Positions 10,370-21,240 of a stretch of 64,000 bases of DNA are shown here, piece by piece. The translations under genes were made by a program, and so were the position numbers. Below the pieces are notes generated by a model. The model was not told the origin of the DNA. It saw only the letters and a program-made list of their open reading frames with translations, and made no database searches. Within the stretch, counting starts at the first letter, position 1. Every line of letters begins with the position of its first letter. The stretch comes from Halieaceae bacterium. GTDB taxonomy: Bacteria; Pseudomonadota; Gammaproteobacteria; Pseudomonadales; Halieaceae. The stretch is taken from assembly GCA_902631395.1 (NCBI GenBank), contig CACOYM010000009.1, forward strand, positions 8,502 to 72,501, given 5' to 3'.

Positions 10370-12742
10370 GTGATTTTGTCTGAAAATTGGCTTCGTGAGT
10401 GGGTGTCTCCCGAACTGGATACCGAGGCTTTGGCTCATCTATTGACGATGGCGGGCCTTGAGGTTGACTCGATCACACCTTTGGCAGAGGGCTTAAGCGG
10501 AGTCGTGGTGGCGGAGATAGTCTCGTCTGAGCAGCACCCCGATGCTGACAAGTTGCGGGTGTGTACCGTCAAGACAGGTAAGGAGACGGTCCAGATCGTA
10601 TGCGGTGCTCCAAATGCGGCCGCGGGTCTGAAAGCACCGCTCGCGCAACCGGGCGGCAGCTTACCCGGCGGCACCAAGATAAAGAAAGCAAAGCTGAGAG
10701 GTGTAGAATCACAGGGCATGCTGTGCTCAGGTGCGGAATTAGCCCTGTCAGACGATCACGAAGGCCTGCTGCCCCTGATGGCCGACGCTCCAATTGGAAC
10801 GCCGATCGAGGAGTACCTGGACCTCAATGATCAATTGATTGAAATTGGTTTGACGCCCAACAGGGCCGATTGTCTAAGCGTGCTCGGGGTGGCGAGAGAT
10901 CTTGCGGTCATGACCGATCTGTCACTGAAAGTCTCCACCATTGAGCCTGTTGCCGCATCGATTGATGACAAAATCCCCATTGAAGTGACATCGTCGGAGA
11001 AGTGTCCACGCTACTTGGGTCGTGTGATCCGCAATGTGGACGTCTCGCGGCCGACACCTTTGACCATTGTCGAGCGGCTGCGGCGTGCCGGTATCCGGTC
11101 CATCGATGCCGTGGTAGACGTTACCAACTACGTCATGCTGGAGCTGGGCCAGCCGCTTCATGCATTCGATCTTGAAGCGCTGAACGGGGGCATCCGTGTC
11201 CGAGAAGCGGAGTCCGGGGAGACGATAACGCTGCTGGACGGCGAGGAGCGCACGCTCGAAGCCGGCACATTGCTTATCGCGGATCATGGAAAGCCGTTGG
11301 CTATAGCGGGTATCATGGGCGGCGAGGGAAGTGGGATCGGTTCCCAAACACGGCATCTTTTTTTGGAGGCAGCGTATTTCTCTCCCGAATTGATTGCGGG
11401 TCGTGCGCGTCAGTACGGCCTACACACCGATGCGTCGCATCGTTACGAGCGTGGCGTTGACCCCGAGCTGGCCTATCAGGCGATGGAGCGTGCTACGGCA
11501 CTATTGCTTGAGTGCGTCGATGGTGATGCTGGGCCCGTAGTGGATGTGACCTCTCCATCCGATCTGCCGAATCGCGAGCCTGTTCTGTTACGCAAGGACG
11601 CGGTGAGGAAAATATTGGGCATTGACGTAGCCGACGAAGAGATTGTTAGGATTTTCACTGGCCTCGGTTTTACGATTGTGCCGGGTGAAAAGTGCGACAC
11701 ATGGGAATGCACCGCACCGAGCTGGCGTTTTGACATGGGTCGCGAGGCAGATCTCATCGAAGAGATTGCACGTTTCGTGGGCTACAACAATATTCCATCG
11801 GCCTCGCTAAGCGGTGCGACATCGGTCGGATCATTGCCGGAAACGCAGTTATCGAAAGAAGCCATCAAGCAGCGCTTGGTGGGGCGAGGTTTTAGCGAGG
11901 CGATTACTTTCAGTTTTGTCAGCCCAGAGTTGCAGCAGTATTTTGATCCCAACCTGGTGCCGGTTCCACTGCAAAATCCTATTTCGAGCGATCTTGCGGT
12001 GATGCGCACTTCTCTCATGCCCGGGTTGGTCGCGGCCGCTGCCCATAACATTAAACGACAGCAGAGCAGGGTCAAGCTGTTTGAGACGGGCCTGAGGTTT
12101 ATGTCTGGAGATACCGTGACGCAACAGCCTATGTTGGCGATGATCATGTGTGGCACGCGTTTGCCCGAGGGGTGGTCAGCAAAAGCTGAGACTGTGGACT
12201 TTTACGATTTGAAAGGTGAGGTTGAGGCTCTTTTAGGGGGCGCCACTGGAGCGCTTTCTTTCCGCCCAACCGTACTTGCCGGTCTGCATGACGGACAGAC
12301 TGCTGAAATTCTCTTAAATAATTACGCGGTAGGCGTGATGGGTCGCGTGCATCCGGTTACCGCTGAGGCGTTGGATATTCCTAGCGGAACTTACGTAGCG
12401 GAGCTTAGTCTCGCTGAAATCTCGCAGGCACCAGTCCCAGACTTTCAGGAAATTTCGAAGTTCCCGGAGATTCGCCGTGACATCGCTGTGATCGTTACAA
12501 GAGAGACGCCAGCACAGGCTGTGTTGGATTGCGCGCAGCGGGCAGCGGGTAAGTCGTTGGCACAAGCACTCATTTTTGATGTGTATGAGGGAGAGGGCGT
12601 TGATCCGACAGCGAAAAGTCTCGCCATTGGTTTGACTTTTAGAGATCAAAGTCGCACCCTTACTGATGATGAGATCACAGCGTCTATGTCACAAGTTATT
12701 GAATCTTTGGAGGAAAAGCTCGGTGCCACGCTACGGCAATGA
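10370..12742 (+). CDS. pheT: Phenylalanine--tRNA ligase beta subunit
   Basis: [44 protein letters not shown]-terminal FDX-ACB domain. Confidence 0.97.
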   Translation: MILSENWLREWVSPELDTEALAHLLTMAGLEVDSITPLAEGLSGVVVAEIVSSEQHPDADKLRVCTVKTGKETVQIVCGAPNAAAGLKAPLAQPGGSLPGGTKIKKAKLRGVESQGMLCSGAELALSDDHEGLLPLMADAPIGTPIEEYLDLNDQLIEIGLTPNRADCLSVLGVARDLAVMTDLSLKVSTIEPVAASIDDKIPIEVTSSEKCPRYLGRVIRNVDVSRPTPLTIVERLRRAGIRSIDAVVDVTNYVMLELGQPLHAFDLEALNGGIRVREAESGETITLLDGEERTLEAGTLLIADHGKPLAIAGIMGGEGSGIGSQTRHLFLEAAYFSPELIAGRARQYGLHTDASHRYERGVDPELAYQAMERATALLLECVDGDAGPVVDVTSPSDLPNREPVLLRKDAVRKILGIDVADEEIVRIFTGLGFTIVPGEKCDTWECTAPSWRFDMGREADLIEEIARFVGYNNIPSASLSGATSVGSLPETQLSKEAIKQRLVGRGFSEAITFSFVSPELQQYFDPNLVPVPLQNPISSDLAVMRTSLMPGLVAAAAHNIKRQQSRVKLFETGLRFMSGDTVTQQPMLAMIMCGTRLPEGWSAKAETVDFYDLKGEVEALLGGATGALSFRPTVLAGLHDGQTAEILLNNYAVGVMGRVHPVTAEALDIPSGTYVAELSLAEISQAPVPDFQEISKFPEIRRDIAVIVTRETPAQAVLDCAQRAAGKSLAQALIFDVYEGEGVDPTAKSLAIGLTFRDQSRTLTDDEITASMSQVIESLEEKLGATLRQ

Positions 12743-13065
12743 GCGTCCAGATGACTGCGCTTACTAAATCCGAAATGGCTGACCGGTTGCATGAACGGCT
12801 TGGGCTGAACAAGCGCGAGGCAAAGGAACTGGTAGAACAATTTTTTGAAGAGATACGGATTTGCCTGGAGAACAACGAGCAAGTGAAGCTCTCAGGTTTC
12901 GGAAATTTTGATTTGCGCGATAAGCGTCAGCGGCCCGGCCGCAACCCAAAAACAGGAGAAGAAATCCCCATTTCCGCCAGACGGGTAGTGACTTTCAAGC
13001 CAGGCCAAAAACTGAAAGCTCGTGTTGACGTAAATATGGGAGAGGAGGGGATACTGGATGTTTGA
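12739..13065 (+). CDS. ihfA: Integration host factor alpha
   Basis: ALTKSEMA...[38 protein letters not shown]. Confidence 0.97.
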   Translation: MSVQMTALTKSEMADRLHERLGLNKREAKELVEQFFEEIRICLENNEQVKLSGFGNFDLRDKRQRPGRNPKTGEEIPISARRVVTFKPGQKLKARVDVNMGEEGILDV

Positions 13066-13417
13066 TCCTCGACATAACGATGAGTTACCCGCTATTCCGG
13101 GCAAACGGTATTTCACAATCGGTGAGGTAAGCGAGCTCTGTGCTGTCAAGCCTCACGTGCTTCGGTACTGGGAGCAGGAGTTTCCTCAGCTGAGTCCTGT
13201 TAAGCGCCGTGGCAACCGACGCTACTACCAACGCGAGGACGTCGAGCTTGTGCGAACGATTCGTAGCTTACTGTATTCGCAGGGCTATACGATTGGCGGC
13301 GCAAGAAAGCGCCTGAGTAATGAGCGACGGGAACTCACGCCAGTTGAGATTCAGGCGGGCATTCGCGAAAGCCTGCACGATCTGGAAAAAGCCCGCTCCT
13401 TGCTTTCCTCGGTTTAA
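13058..13417 (+). CDS. MerR-family HTH regulator (conserved ihfA neighbour)
   Basis: [33 protein letters not shown]. Confidence 0.92.
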   Translation: MFDPRHNDELPAIPGKRYFTIGEVSELCAVKPHVLRYWEQEFPQLSPVKRRGNRRYYQREDVELVRTIRSLLYSQGYTIGGARKRLSNERRELTPVEIQAGIRESLHDLEKARSLLSSV

Positions 13418-13451
13418 TCCCTCACGAAATTTTGGTAATGTCCGCGCCTCT

Positions 13452-13528
13452 CGGGGCGTAGCGCAGTCTGGTAGCGCACCACACTGGGGGTGTGGTGGTC
13501 GCAGGTTCAAATCCTGCCGTCCCGACCA
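13452..13528 (+). tRNA. tRNA-Pro (GGG)
   Basis: CGGGGCGTAGCGCAGTCTGGTAGCGCACCACACTGGGGGTGTGGTGGTCGCAGGTTCAAATCCTGCCGTCCCGACCA: 77 nt, anticodon GGG. Confidence 0.97.
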
Positions 13529-13867
13529 TTTTTTCCCCATAAGTGATCCTCCTTTAGCGATACAGGTGCTTGCTTTGGGGAGATTTATAGTGTCCGCCAT
13601 ACCCCCCGATTTTTCTTGCTTCCCACCGTGTTCTTCGCAATTCTCTTACCCAGCGGGTATCAGCCAAATGTAAAAGATGAAGTTATCTAAGTCTTTGTCA
13701 GAGCGATTGGCGGCAAGTGGACCCGCTGAGAGCGGACTATCGAATCGGCCCACCCGGTTGTTGCCGTAAGGTCGGCCCATCTTCTATGTCGCTGGCAGTT
13801 TTGAAGCGTGACAATAACTATTAGTGCTCTTATAAGTATCAAGATTCTGCAGCCAAGGGGAGGCTTT

Positions 13868-14173
13868 TTACCGACAAACTAAGTTTCGCTCGGGAAGATT
13901 TGGAAAACTTATGACCTGTCCACACACGGCGCGCTTCACTGCCGTTGAGGGAATTTTGTCTACTGGCGGGTCCCCCAGCAATAGTGCCCCACCGCTTTGT
14001 ACTGTAATGGTGATGACCAAGCCGAGATCGGGCCTGCTTAATATGCCCACAGCGCCAATATATTCTCTGTCTGACGCGGCGTCATAGTCTGCTAGAGAGA
14101 AATAGGGTTCAGAGCTAGCATCCGAACCTTGCACCAGCGATAGAAAGAATATGTTTATTAGTAGTCTCAGCAC
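13868..14173 (-). CDS. Small hypothetical exported protein divergent from cpaB
   Basis: GTG at 14173 with GAGG upstream; signal-like LRLLINIFFLSLVQGSDA; two C-terminal Cys. Confidence 0.4.
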   Translation of the reverse strand: MLRLLINIFFLSLVQGSDASSEPYFSLADYDAASDREYIGAVGILSRPDLGLVITITVQSGGALLLGDPPVDKIPSTAVKRAVCGQVISFPNLPERNLVCR

Positions 14174-14420
14174 AATAAAAACGGCCTCACAGTCGATTCC
14201 ACGAGGACTCCCCGCCAAAAGAACACAAATGGATCAAATAGGTACCTTCTTTTTAGTTAAAGACGTTTCCGTCCTTGTCTAATGCTGATAGCTTACTAAT
14301 AGAGATGACGATTACAACAAGGTATTCTTGAATTGCGATCGGCTGGTATCAGTTCGATGCAATAAATCTCTTTGCAATGACTCTGAAATATACGCGGTGA
14401 CCGCGATCGAGAGGTGGTGA

Positions 14421-17111
14421 ATGTCGAAAATTTCAACGCTACGTTTATTGCCGATTGCGTTGATCGCAGGAATTATCGGCGCAGTTAGCGTAGTCATTTT
14501 CTTGAACAGTATCGAAGAGAAATACCGATTAGCTGCTGAGCCTGAGCCGGTCAAAATGATAAGAGTGATTGTGCCTCGCCAGAATATGCGCGCCGGCGAT
14601 CGAATTCTGGAGGAAAACCTAGCGGCACGGCAGATCCCTGAAAAATTTGCCCCAGCGTATGTGCTTCTGGCAAAAGATGTGAAGTCAATTGTTGACAGAA
14701 CCTTGCTTACAGACGTCCAGCGCGGCAGACCTATGACTCAGTATGCTGTCACGCAGACGAAGTCTACCCGGTTTTCTGACACGATCGAGCTTGGCAAGCG
14801 AGCAAGGAGTGTGAAGGTCTCGAAGGTAGAGTCATTTGATGGATTGCTGAGACCCGGGGATACAATTGACCTCATGGGTACTTATCAGATGCAAAACTTG
14901 TTCCAGACTTTTTCCAGCAGTACGCCAGCCAAAGGCCTCGCGGAGACGGTGTCCACGCGAGCTGTAATGCCGGTTCTTCAGAATGTTTTGGTGATCGAAG
15001 TTGCGAGAGTTGACAGGAATGGTCGCCGTTATGAGAAGAACATCGACAAGGACTCTCGCGATGGTGTAGATCTGGACTTCACCCTAATCACGCTTGAGTT
15101 AACACCTCAACAGGTCGCGCGCGTGGAGCTTGCGGAAAATACAGGGGATGTATTTGCAATACTCCGCAATATGGAAGACACGAGTGTCGCCAATTTCTCT
15201 ATGCTCGGAACTGAGACCCTTCTTCTTCCTGAAACAGCTCCAAAGATAGATCTAGTTTTAGATGCTAATGGCACACCCATTGGTTCGATCGTTGGCGATA
15301 AGGTTTTGGACGACGCGGGAAATGTAATCGGAAAGGTCGTCGAAGGTCAGCCAGTTGGACTGGACGGCAAGCGCTTGGGTCGAATTGTGACTGGAGTTAG
15401 CGAGGAAGATCCAATTAATCGTGTTGCTGAAGTTGCAGATGTTATAAGAGACGCTAACGGAGACATCGTTGGCAGGGTCGTAAATGGCACGGTGATCGAC
15501 CGTGCGGGCAATATCATTGGATCAGTTGAAGACGGTGTGCCCGTCGGGACAAATGGCCAACCACTGGGGAATATAGACCGTGGTGTTAAATTGGATGCTG
15601 ACGGCAACGAGGTCGAGTTGTCAGGGAGTTCAGTTCGCCAAGATATCGTGCTTGATGCTCAAGGGAAGCCCATTGGGCGCGTGGTTGGCGATAACGTGGT
15701 AAACCAGCGTGGAGAAGTAGTTGGCAAAATCGTAGACGGCCAGGCAATAAGCCTGAGTGGCAGGCAGCTGGGACGTGTTGTTAGGGACGTTGCCGCAGAC
15801 GACCCAGTAATGAGCGTTGCTGAAATTGCTGACGTTGTAAGAGATGCCGAGGGAAACATTGTCGGGAAAATTGTTGGCGATCAGATTCTAGATCGAAGTG
15901 GAAAGGTCATTGGGGAGGTGGTTGACGGAAAGCCATTGGGCTTAGCCGGAGAATCACTTGGGTCAATAGATAAACGCGTGGCGCTGAACGCTGCGGGCAC
16001 AGAGGTTGCTCTGGATGAATCAGTATTATCTGACCGTGCTGTGCGTCGAGAAACGGTTGTCCGTGATAGCAATGGAGCAGTCGTAGGTAGGGTTATCGAC
16101 GGCAAGGTAGTAGATAGTGAAGGCAATGTGGTTGGATCTGTAGACAGTCGCGGCATCGTGCGAGATCTGAACGGAAAGACTTTAGGTCGACCAGAGGAAG
16201 TAAACGTCAACGGCTCTGGTGAAATAGTTGACGGACCGTCCACGATCGTCCGTGACTCACAGGGAAATGTAGTGGGACGTGTGCATGAGGGAAAGGTTTA
16301 CGACGCGTCCGGCAATGTTATCGGCAGAGTAAACGACCGAGGAGATGCGATAGGGGCTGATGGAACGTCGCTAGGTTCTGTTGAATCAGTACTCACCGAT
16401 GCAACCGGAAGAGTAGTGGCGACTGCGGCTGAAGTCGTCAGAGATGCTGATGGCAAGGTAGTTGGTCGCGTGTCTAATGGCAAAGTGGTCGATGCCGACG
16501 GAAAGGTAATTGGTGAGATAAACGACCGCGGTGAACCCGTGAGCTCCACCGGTGAGACCCTTGGGACCATTGAGAAAGTGATGGTAGACGATCAAGGAGA
16601 GGTAGTAGCGACTGCGACAAGCGTTGTCCGCGACGCCAACGGCAACGTCATAGGGCAGATACAGGCAGGGCGAGTTATCGATGCAAATGGGAATCTCATC
16701 GGAACAATAAATGAATCCGGGCGGGCTGTGGATTTAGCTGGAAACGTAATTGGCGATGTCGGTACAGTTATGACAGATCAGAATGGCGATGCAGTGCTAA
16801 CCGAACCTCCAGACAGCATCGCGGTAGTTCGAGATGCCGACGGCCAAATTATTGGAAAGCTTGTTGACGGCAAAGTGTATGACGAGTCTGGCCAAGAAAT
16901 CGGGGAATTGAGGGGTGGAGCAATAGTCTCAAGCACTGGGGAAATCATTGCGGCTGGAGTAACGATCGGCAACACAGACGCGGCGACAGTGGATAGAGAG
17001 CTACTGCAGGGTCCTGACACGCAGTACATCGTTCCAAGAATCGTAGATTTCATCGGTGGCGGAACAGGAAAAGATGGAATTATCTCAGTGCAAAAGGTGC
17101 CGCTCCAGTGA
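14421..17111 (+). CDS. cpaB: Flp pilus assembly protein CpaB/RcpC with a ~570-aa inserted repeat region
   Basis: N-terminal TM helix, SAF domain (RVIVPRQNMRAGDRI), RcpC motifs (GKRARSV, GLLRPGDTIDL, VLQNVLVI, ITLELTPQQ, LRN..D), then repeats, then VDFIGGG tail. Confidence 0.88.
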   Translation: MSKISTLRLLPIALIAGIIGAVSVVIFLNSIEEKYRLAAEPEPVKMIRVIVPRQNMRAGDRILEENLAARQIPEKFAPAYVLLAKDVKSIVDRTLLTDVQRGRPMTQYAVTQTKSTRFSDTIELGKRARSVKVSKVESFDGLLRPGDTIDLMGTYQMQNLFQTFSSSTPAKGLAETVSTRAVMPVLQNVLVIEVARVDRNGRRYEKNIDKDSRDGVDLDFTLITLELTPQQVARVELAENTGDVFAILRNMEDTSVANFSMLGTETLLLPETAPKIDLVLDANGTPIGSIVGDKVLDDAGNVIGKVVEGQPVGLDGKRLGRIVTGVSEEDPINRVAEVADVIRDANGDIVGRVVNGTVIDRAGNIIGSVEDGVPVGTNGQPLGNIDRGVKLDADGNEVELSGSSVRQDIVLDAQGKPIGRVVGDNVVNQRGEVVGKIVDGQAISLSGRQLGRVVRDVAADDPVMSVAEIADVVRDAEGNIVGKIVGDQILDRSGKVIGEVVDGKPLGLAGESLGSIDKRVALNAAGTEVALDESVLSDRAVRRETVVRDSNGAVVGRVIDGKVVDSEGNVVGSVDSRGIVRDLNGKTLGRPEEVNVNGSGEIVDGPSTIVRDSQGNVVGRVHEGKVYDASGNVIGRVNDRGDAIGADGTSLGSVESVLTDATGRVVATAAEVVRDADGKVVGRVSNGKVVDADGKVIGEINDRGEPVSSTGETLGTIEKVMVDDQGEVVATATSVVRDANGNVIGQIQAGRVIDANGNLIGTINESGRAVDLAGNVIGDVGTVMTDQNGDAVLTEPPDSIAVVRDADGQIIGKLVDGKVYDESGQEIGELRGGAIVSSTGEIIAAGVTIGNTDAATVDRELLQGPDTQYIVPRIVDFIGGGTGKDGIISVQKVPLQ
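15249..16964 (+). repeat. Nine tandem ~63-74-aa modules of VxDxxGxxxGxV beta-hairpin motifs inside CpaB
   Basis: Modules begin DLVLDANG, DVIRDANG, DIVLDAQG, DVVRDAEG, TVVRDSNG, TIVRDSQG, EVVRDADG, SVVRDANG, AVVRDADG. Confidence 0.9.
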
Positions 17112-18592
17112 GTAATCTAGCTTTTGTTAAAAGGACGCGGATAGCAGGTGACTTGACGCTTCTTAAAGTATTTCTAATTGTCATGGGTCTTTTGAGTGGA
17201 AGCATTAGTCATGCACTGCAGGCGCCACTTCCAAAGGTGCTAACTCTTTATGACGGTCAGTCCAGAGCGTATGGCGTATCAGGTGCAATCAGAGTTACCG
17301 TCGGTGATACATCGCTCATCAGCGCAACAATGCTAAAAACTGGAGACATCGTTTTAGTCGCCGAGGGACAGGGCGAGACCAATCTCCTAGTTTGGTATGA
17401 AGATGGGTCGGCTACTGAAACTTCGGTCATCATTGTTGAAGAGGACGGATACAGACAATCCAAAGAAGTGGCCAGTCTGCTGGAGCAAATCAATGGTATT
17501 GATGTCTCTCTTGTGGGCAGGCGAATCGTCGTTGACGGTCAAATTGATTCGCGCGACCTAGCAAGAGTGAAAGCCGTTCAGCAGCGCTACGGCGACATAC
17601 TTATTTTGGCGAGGGAAATATCAACCTTCGAACAAAAGATGTTGCACTTCGACGTAAAAATCACCGAGATAAGTCGTGACGTGACTGAGGAGTTAGGAAT
17701 CAATTGGTCCACAAGTTTCGCAGGGCCTACACTTAATTATGAGCGAGCATGGAACCAAGGGTCTAATCTTGCTATCCCGCAGACAAACGAAAACGCTTCT
17801 TACTTATTCGGAAATAATTTCACTGACGTGGGCTCTATGGATCTCGCACTTGGGGAGGTTGTATCGGGCGCCGGCGCTGGTTTAACGCTGGACCAACAGC
17901 AGAGACTAGTGGATGCGCAAGAGCGCAGTTACACGTATTGGGGAATCGGCACATCGATAATTTCAATGATAAACCTTCTTGAGTCCAACGGCGCCGCGAC
18001 CACACTCACTCAACCCAGGATAAGCGCGAGGAGCGGAGGTATGGCCGAGCTTGTAGTGGGCGGAGAGATTCCTGTTGTAACAAGTTCAATAAACGGTCCC
18101 ACTGTCACCTATAAGAATTACGGTATTCAATTAGAAATATCGCCAGAAGTCGATCAGTACGACAACATCATGGGGCAGGTTTCAGTAGAAGTCTCAGCAC
18201 TTGACTTATCTAATGCAGTAGACGGTCAACCAGCGTTTCGCAAACGATCAAGTAAAAACGACATTCGGCTTGCGCCCGGCGAAACCTTGGCGCTAGCTGG
18301 CCTGATCCAACAAGAGGAGCAGATTGCTTACTCTGGTCTCAAGTGGCTGCAAGATATCCCTCTGCTCGGCAATTTGTTCCGCAACAAATCCTTCACGTCC
18401 GGAGAGACAGAACTTGTGATACTCATCACTCCTACCGAAATTGAAGATCTTTCGGCGGGGGAAAACCAAAGGATTATTGATCGTGCACAAGATATTCGAT
18501 CGGACTTTGAGGAAATAAAGTACGAGTTATCGCAATACCCCAAGACAAGAAAGACTGAGGAACCCTCTGGACCAGAGGATACGGATCCCTGA
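17108..18592 (+). CDS. cpaC: Tad secretin CpaC/RcpA
   Basis: N-domain (RVTVGD...GETNLLVW), BON-like region, secretin motifs ELGINW, GGEIPV, YGIQLEISP, GETLALAGL, LQDIPLLGNLFR, ETELVILITP. Confidence 0.9.
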   Translation: MSNLAFVKRTRIAGDLTLLKVFLIVMGLLSGSISHALQAPLPKVLTLYDGQSRAYGVSGAIRVTVGDTSLISATMLKTGDIVLVAEGQGETNLLVWYEDGSATETSVIIVEEDGYRQSKEVASLLEQINGIDVSLVGRRIVVDGQIDSRDLARVKAVQQRYGDILILAREISTFEQKMLHFDVKITEISRDVTEELGINWSTSFAGPTLNYERAWNQGSNLAIPQTNENASYLFGNNFTDVGSMDLALGEVVSGAGAGLTLDQQQRLVDAQERSYTYWGIGTSIISMINLLESNGAATTLTQPRISARSGGMAELVVGGEIPVVTSSINGPTVTYKNYGIQLEISPEVDQYDNIMGQVSVEVSALDLSNAVDGQPAFRKRSSKNDIRLAPGETLALAGLIQQEEQIAYSGLKWLQDIPLLGNLFRNKSFTSGETELVILITPTEIEDLSAGENQRIIDRAQDIRSDFEEIKYELSQYPKTRKTEEPSGPEDTDP

Positions 18593-18629
18593 TTCCCCCT
18601 CAACTTTCATGTGTTAAAGCAGGCGTTTC

Positions 18630-20357
18630 ATGTTCACCATCCGAATTACAAATAAGTCTGGAGACTTCGATCAGACCGCCACCTGCAGAAGTGCAAGCTG
18701 TCAGATAGGCAAGTCCAAAGAAGCGCTTGTGCGAACCAAGGGCTGGTCGGTAGCGCCTCGGCACCTCCGACTGGAGCAAAACCTTGCTGGCGTTTACGTC
18801 GAGGATACGAGTAGAGGTTTTGGCATTCGAATCAATGGCAAAACTGAGGAGCGCTATGGGCCCCTTTCGACCTCTGACGTCGTATCCTTTGGGTCCTACA
18901 CTCTCTCGATAACGGAGTCTGCTCCTTTCGGAACCGCTGACGACCGAGGGGACGTGCCGATCGTCACTGGTGAGGAAAAAGAAGCCACCAAAACACTGAG
19001 CTCCCGACTTGAAGAGTCAGCTCCGACGGTGGCAGCGATTGATCCGAAACAGAACGATATCTCTGAGTCGACACCTAACCCTGAGGATCCTCAACGATAT
19101 ATGGAGTGGGCCAAACTCTGTCACAAGGAGCTCTTGAGGCAGCTGGATTTCGGCAGGGTCGAAATGGATGGACTCTCGGATATCCAACTCAGGGAGTTGA
19201 TGGATAGCTTGATAACGCGAGCAATGGGTGCACTCGATAGCGGGATACCAGAGGATATTTCGCGCGATTTACTAAAAAAAATCGTACTGGATGAGTCCAT
19301 TGGTTTAGGAGCGATCGAGGATCTCTTGGCCGATCCTGACGTGACGGAAGTCATGGTGAATAACTATGACGATATCTATATAGAAAAAGCAGGCAAGCTC
19401 AGTAGAACTCAGGTTCGCTTCAGCAGCCCTGAGGCAGTGCTTGCGACAATTGAAAGGATAATCTCTCCCTTAGGGCGGCGAATTGATGAGAGCTCCCCCA
19501 TGGTTGACGCTAGGTTAAAGGATGGCTCTCGGGTAAATGCGATCATACCGCCTTTGGCTCTAAGGGGGCCCTGCATAACAATACGAAAGTTTGCGCAGAA
19601 GCGGCTGACAGCGGCTGACCTTGTTAATTTTGGAGCTCTAAGCGAACCCATGGTGGAGTTCTTGGAGGCGGCAGTAGTTCACCGAATGAATATTGTAGTT
19701 TCTGGCGGCACGGGATCTGGTAAAACAACATTGCTAAACGTGCTCTCTAACTTCATACCCTTGGAGGAGAGAGTAGTTACAGTTGAAGACGCAGCAGAAT
19801 TGAAGCTTGTGCAGCCACACGTCGTAACACTTGAGGCAAGGCCTGCAAATTTAGAGGGTCGCGGTGCAATAACTATTAGGGACCTAGTTCGAAACTGCCT
19901 CCGTATGCGTCCGGACCGAATAGTAGTTGGTGAGTGCAGAGGGGGGGAGGCACTCGATATGCTGCAGGCAATGAATACAGGCCATGATGGGTCGCTTACC
20001 ACTGGTCACGCAAATAGCCCCAGAGACATGCTGAGTCGCCTAGAGGTGATGGTTTTAATGGCCGGGATGGATCTCCCAAGCCAAGCAATTCGGGAGCAAA
20101 TATCGTCAGCTGTTGACATCATCATCCAACAATCTCGATTTGCAGATGGTTCCAGAAGGGTCACCAGTATCAACGAGGTGACTGGGATTGAGCGAAGCAC
20201 CGTGCAGATGTCGGAAATTTTTCGCTTCTCACAAGAAGGCTACGATGCAAATGGCAGGGTAATGGGTAAGTACGTCGCGACTGGAGTGGTACCGCAGTTG
20301 TGGGAGGAGTTCGCCGAACGTGGTATTAACATGAATCGAGACATTTTCAAGCCGTGA
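18630..20357 (+). CDS. cpaF: Tad ATPase CpaF/TadA with N-terminal FHA-like domain
   Basis: GRRIDESSPMVDARL, Walker A GGTGSGKTT, EDAAEL, LRMRPDRIVVGECRG, AMNTGHDGSLTTGHANS. Confidence 0.93.
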   Translation: MFTIRITNKSGDFDQTATCRSASCQIGKSKEALVRTKGWSVAPRHLRLEQNLAGVYVEDTSRGFGIRINGKTEERYGPLSTSDVVSFGSYTLSITESAPFGTADDRGDVPIVTGEEKEATKTLSSRLEESAPTVAAIDPKQNDISESTPNPEDPQRYMEWAKLCHKELLRQLDFGRVEMDGLSDIQLRELMDSLITRAMGALDSGIPEDISRDLLKKIVLDESIGLGAIEDLLADPDVTEVMVNNYDDIYIEKAGKLSRTQVRFSSPEAVLATIERIISPLGRRIDESSPMVDARLKDGSRVNAIIPPLALRGPCITIRKFAQKRLTAADLVNFGALSEPMVEFLEAAVVHRMNIVVSGGTGSGKTTLLNVLSNFIPLEERVVTVEDAAELKLVQPHVVTLEARPANLEGRGAITIRDLVRNCLRMRPDRIVVGECRGGEALDMLQAMNTGHDGSLTTGHANSPRDMLSRLEVMVLMAGMDLPSQAIREQISSAVDIIIQQSRFADGSRRVTSINEVTGIERSTVQMSEIFRFSQEGYDANGRVMGKYVATGVVPQLWEEFAERGINMNRDIFKP

Positions 20358-21226
20358 GTCTGCAAGCGACAGTCGTCTTCACCCAGATCTTGACCGTGGT
20401 GAGTTTCGCCATCGTATTCGCTTGCGGTGCTGTACTTCTATCTGGAACTGTGAAGACTGCTGGCCAGCTTTTTTACAGACGGCGAGTAGTGGAAACGGAG
20501 ATGAACAGAAAGGATATGTTCGTCACAGCTAACCCAGTTCTACTTTTCTGGGCAAATATGTTTGCCTTTTGTGTATTCACAGCCCTAGCGCAAATCGCAG
20601 TAGGCTCGTGGATATTGACTGGATTGGTAGCAACCGGAGCATTGACGGCTCCAGCTTGGTACTGGAACAGGCTCCGCAAGCAACGTTTCAGAAAAATTGA
20701 AGAGCAGCTCCCCGACGCCTTTATGATGATCGCCAGCAGCCTGCAAGCTGGGGCAAGTATCAACATGGCCTTTCAAAGTGCCTCCACGCAGGCTCCACCT
20801 CCGCTCTCACAGGAGTTACAACTGGTAGTACGAAAAGTGCAATTAGGGGTTAATCTTGATGTGGCGTTGCTCGAAATGGAGAAGCGGGCGCCCATAGATA
20901 GCCTCATCATGGCTAGCTCTGCTGTTCGAATTAGTAGAGAGGTCGGCGGTAATCTTGTCGAGACAATCAAGAGTATGGCTGACACCCTGAGACGGAAATT
21001 TTCCATGGAGGGAAAGATTGTTAGCCTCACTGCTCAGGGTAAGGCACAAGGCAGGTTTATGGCGTTTTTGCCTCTTCTAGTGGGCGGAGGGCTAGCGTTG
21101 CTGGACCCTGACTCAATGTCAAAGCTCATTACTACACCGGTCGGCTATGCCGTTTCCATCGTGATGGTTGTCATGCAAGTGCTTGGCTACGTTTTTATCA
21201 ATAAAACGATCAGTATTGATACTTAA
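20354..21226 (+). CDS. tadB: Tad inner-membrane platform protein TadB (T2SSF family)
   Basis: EQLPDAFMMIASSLQAG, PLSQEL, EVGGNL, SLTAQGK; TM helices. Confidence 0.9.
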   Translation: MSLQATVVFTQILTVVSFAIVFACGAVLLSGTVKTAGQLFYRRRVVETEMNRKDMFVTANPVLLFWANMFAFCVFTALAQIAVGSWILTGLVATGALTAPAWYWNRLRKQRFRKIEEQLPDAFMMIASSLQAGASINMAFQSASTQAPPPLSQELQLVVRKVQLGVNLDVALLEMEKRAPIDSLIMASSAVRISREVGGNLVETIKSMADTLRRKFSMEGKIVSLTAQGKAQGRFMAFLPLLVGGGLALLDPDSMSKLITTPVGYAVSIVMVVMQVLGYVFINKTISIDT

Positions 21227-21240
21227 TCGAGAGCCATATT

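Noticed and set aside
15249-16964. CRISPR array or DNA-level tandem repeat
   Set aside because: Repetition is at the protein level with diverged codons; no identical repeats or spacers. No CRISPR array or cas gene was seen in the window
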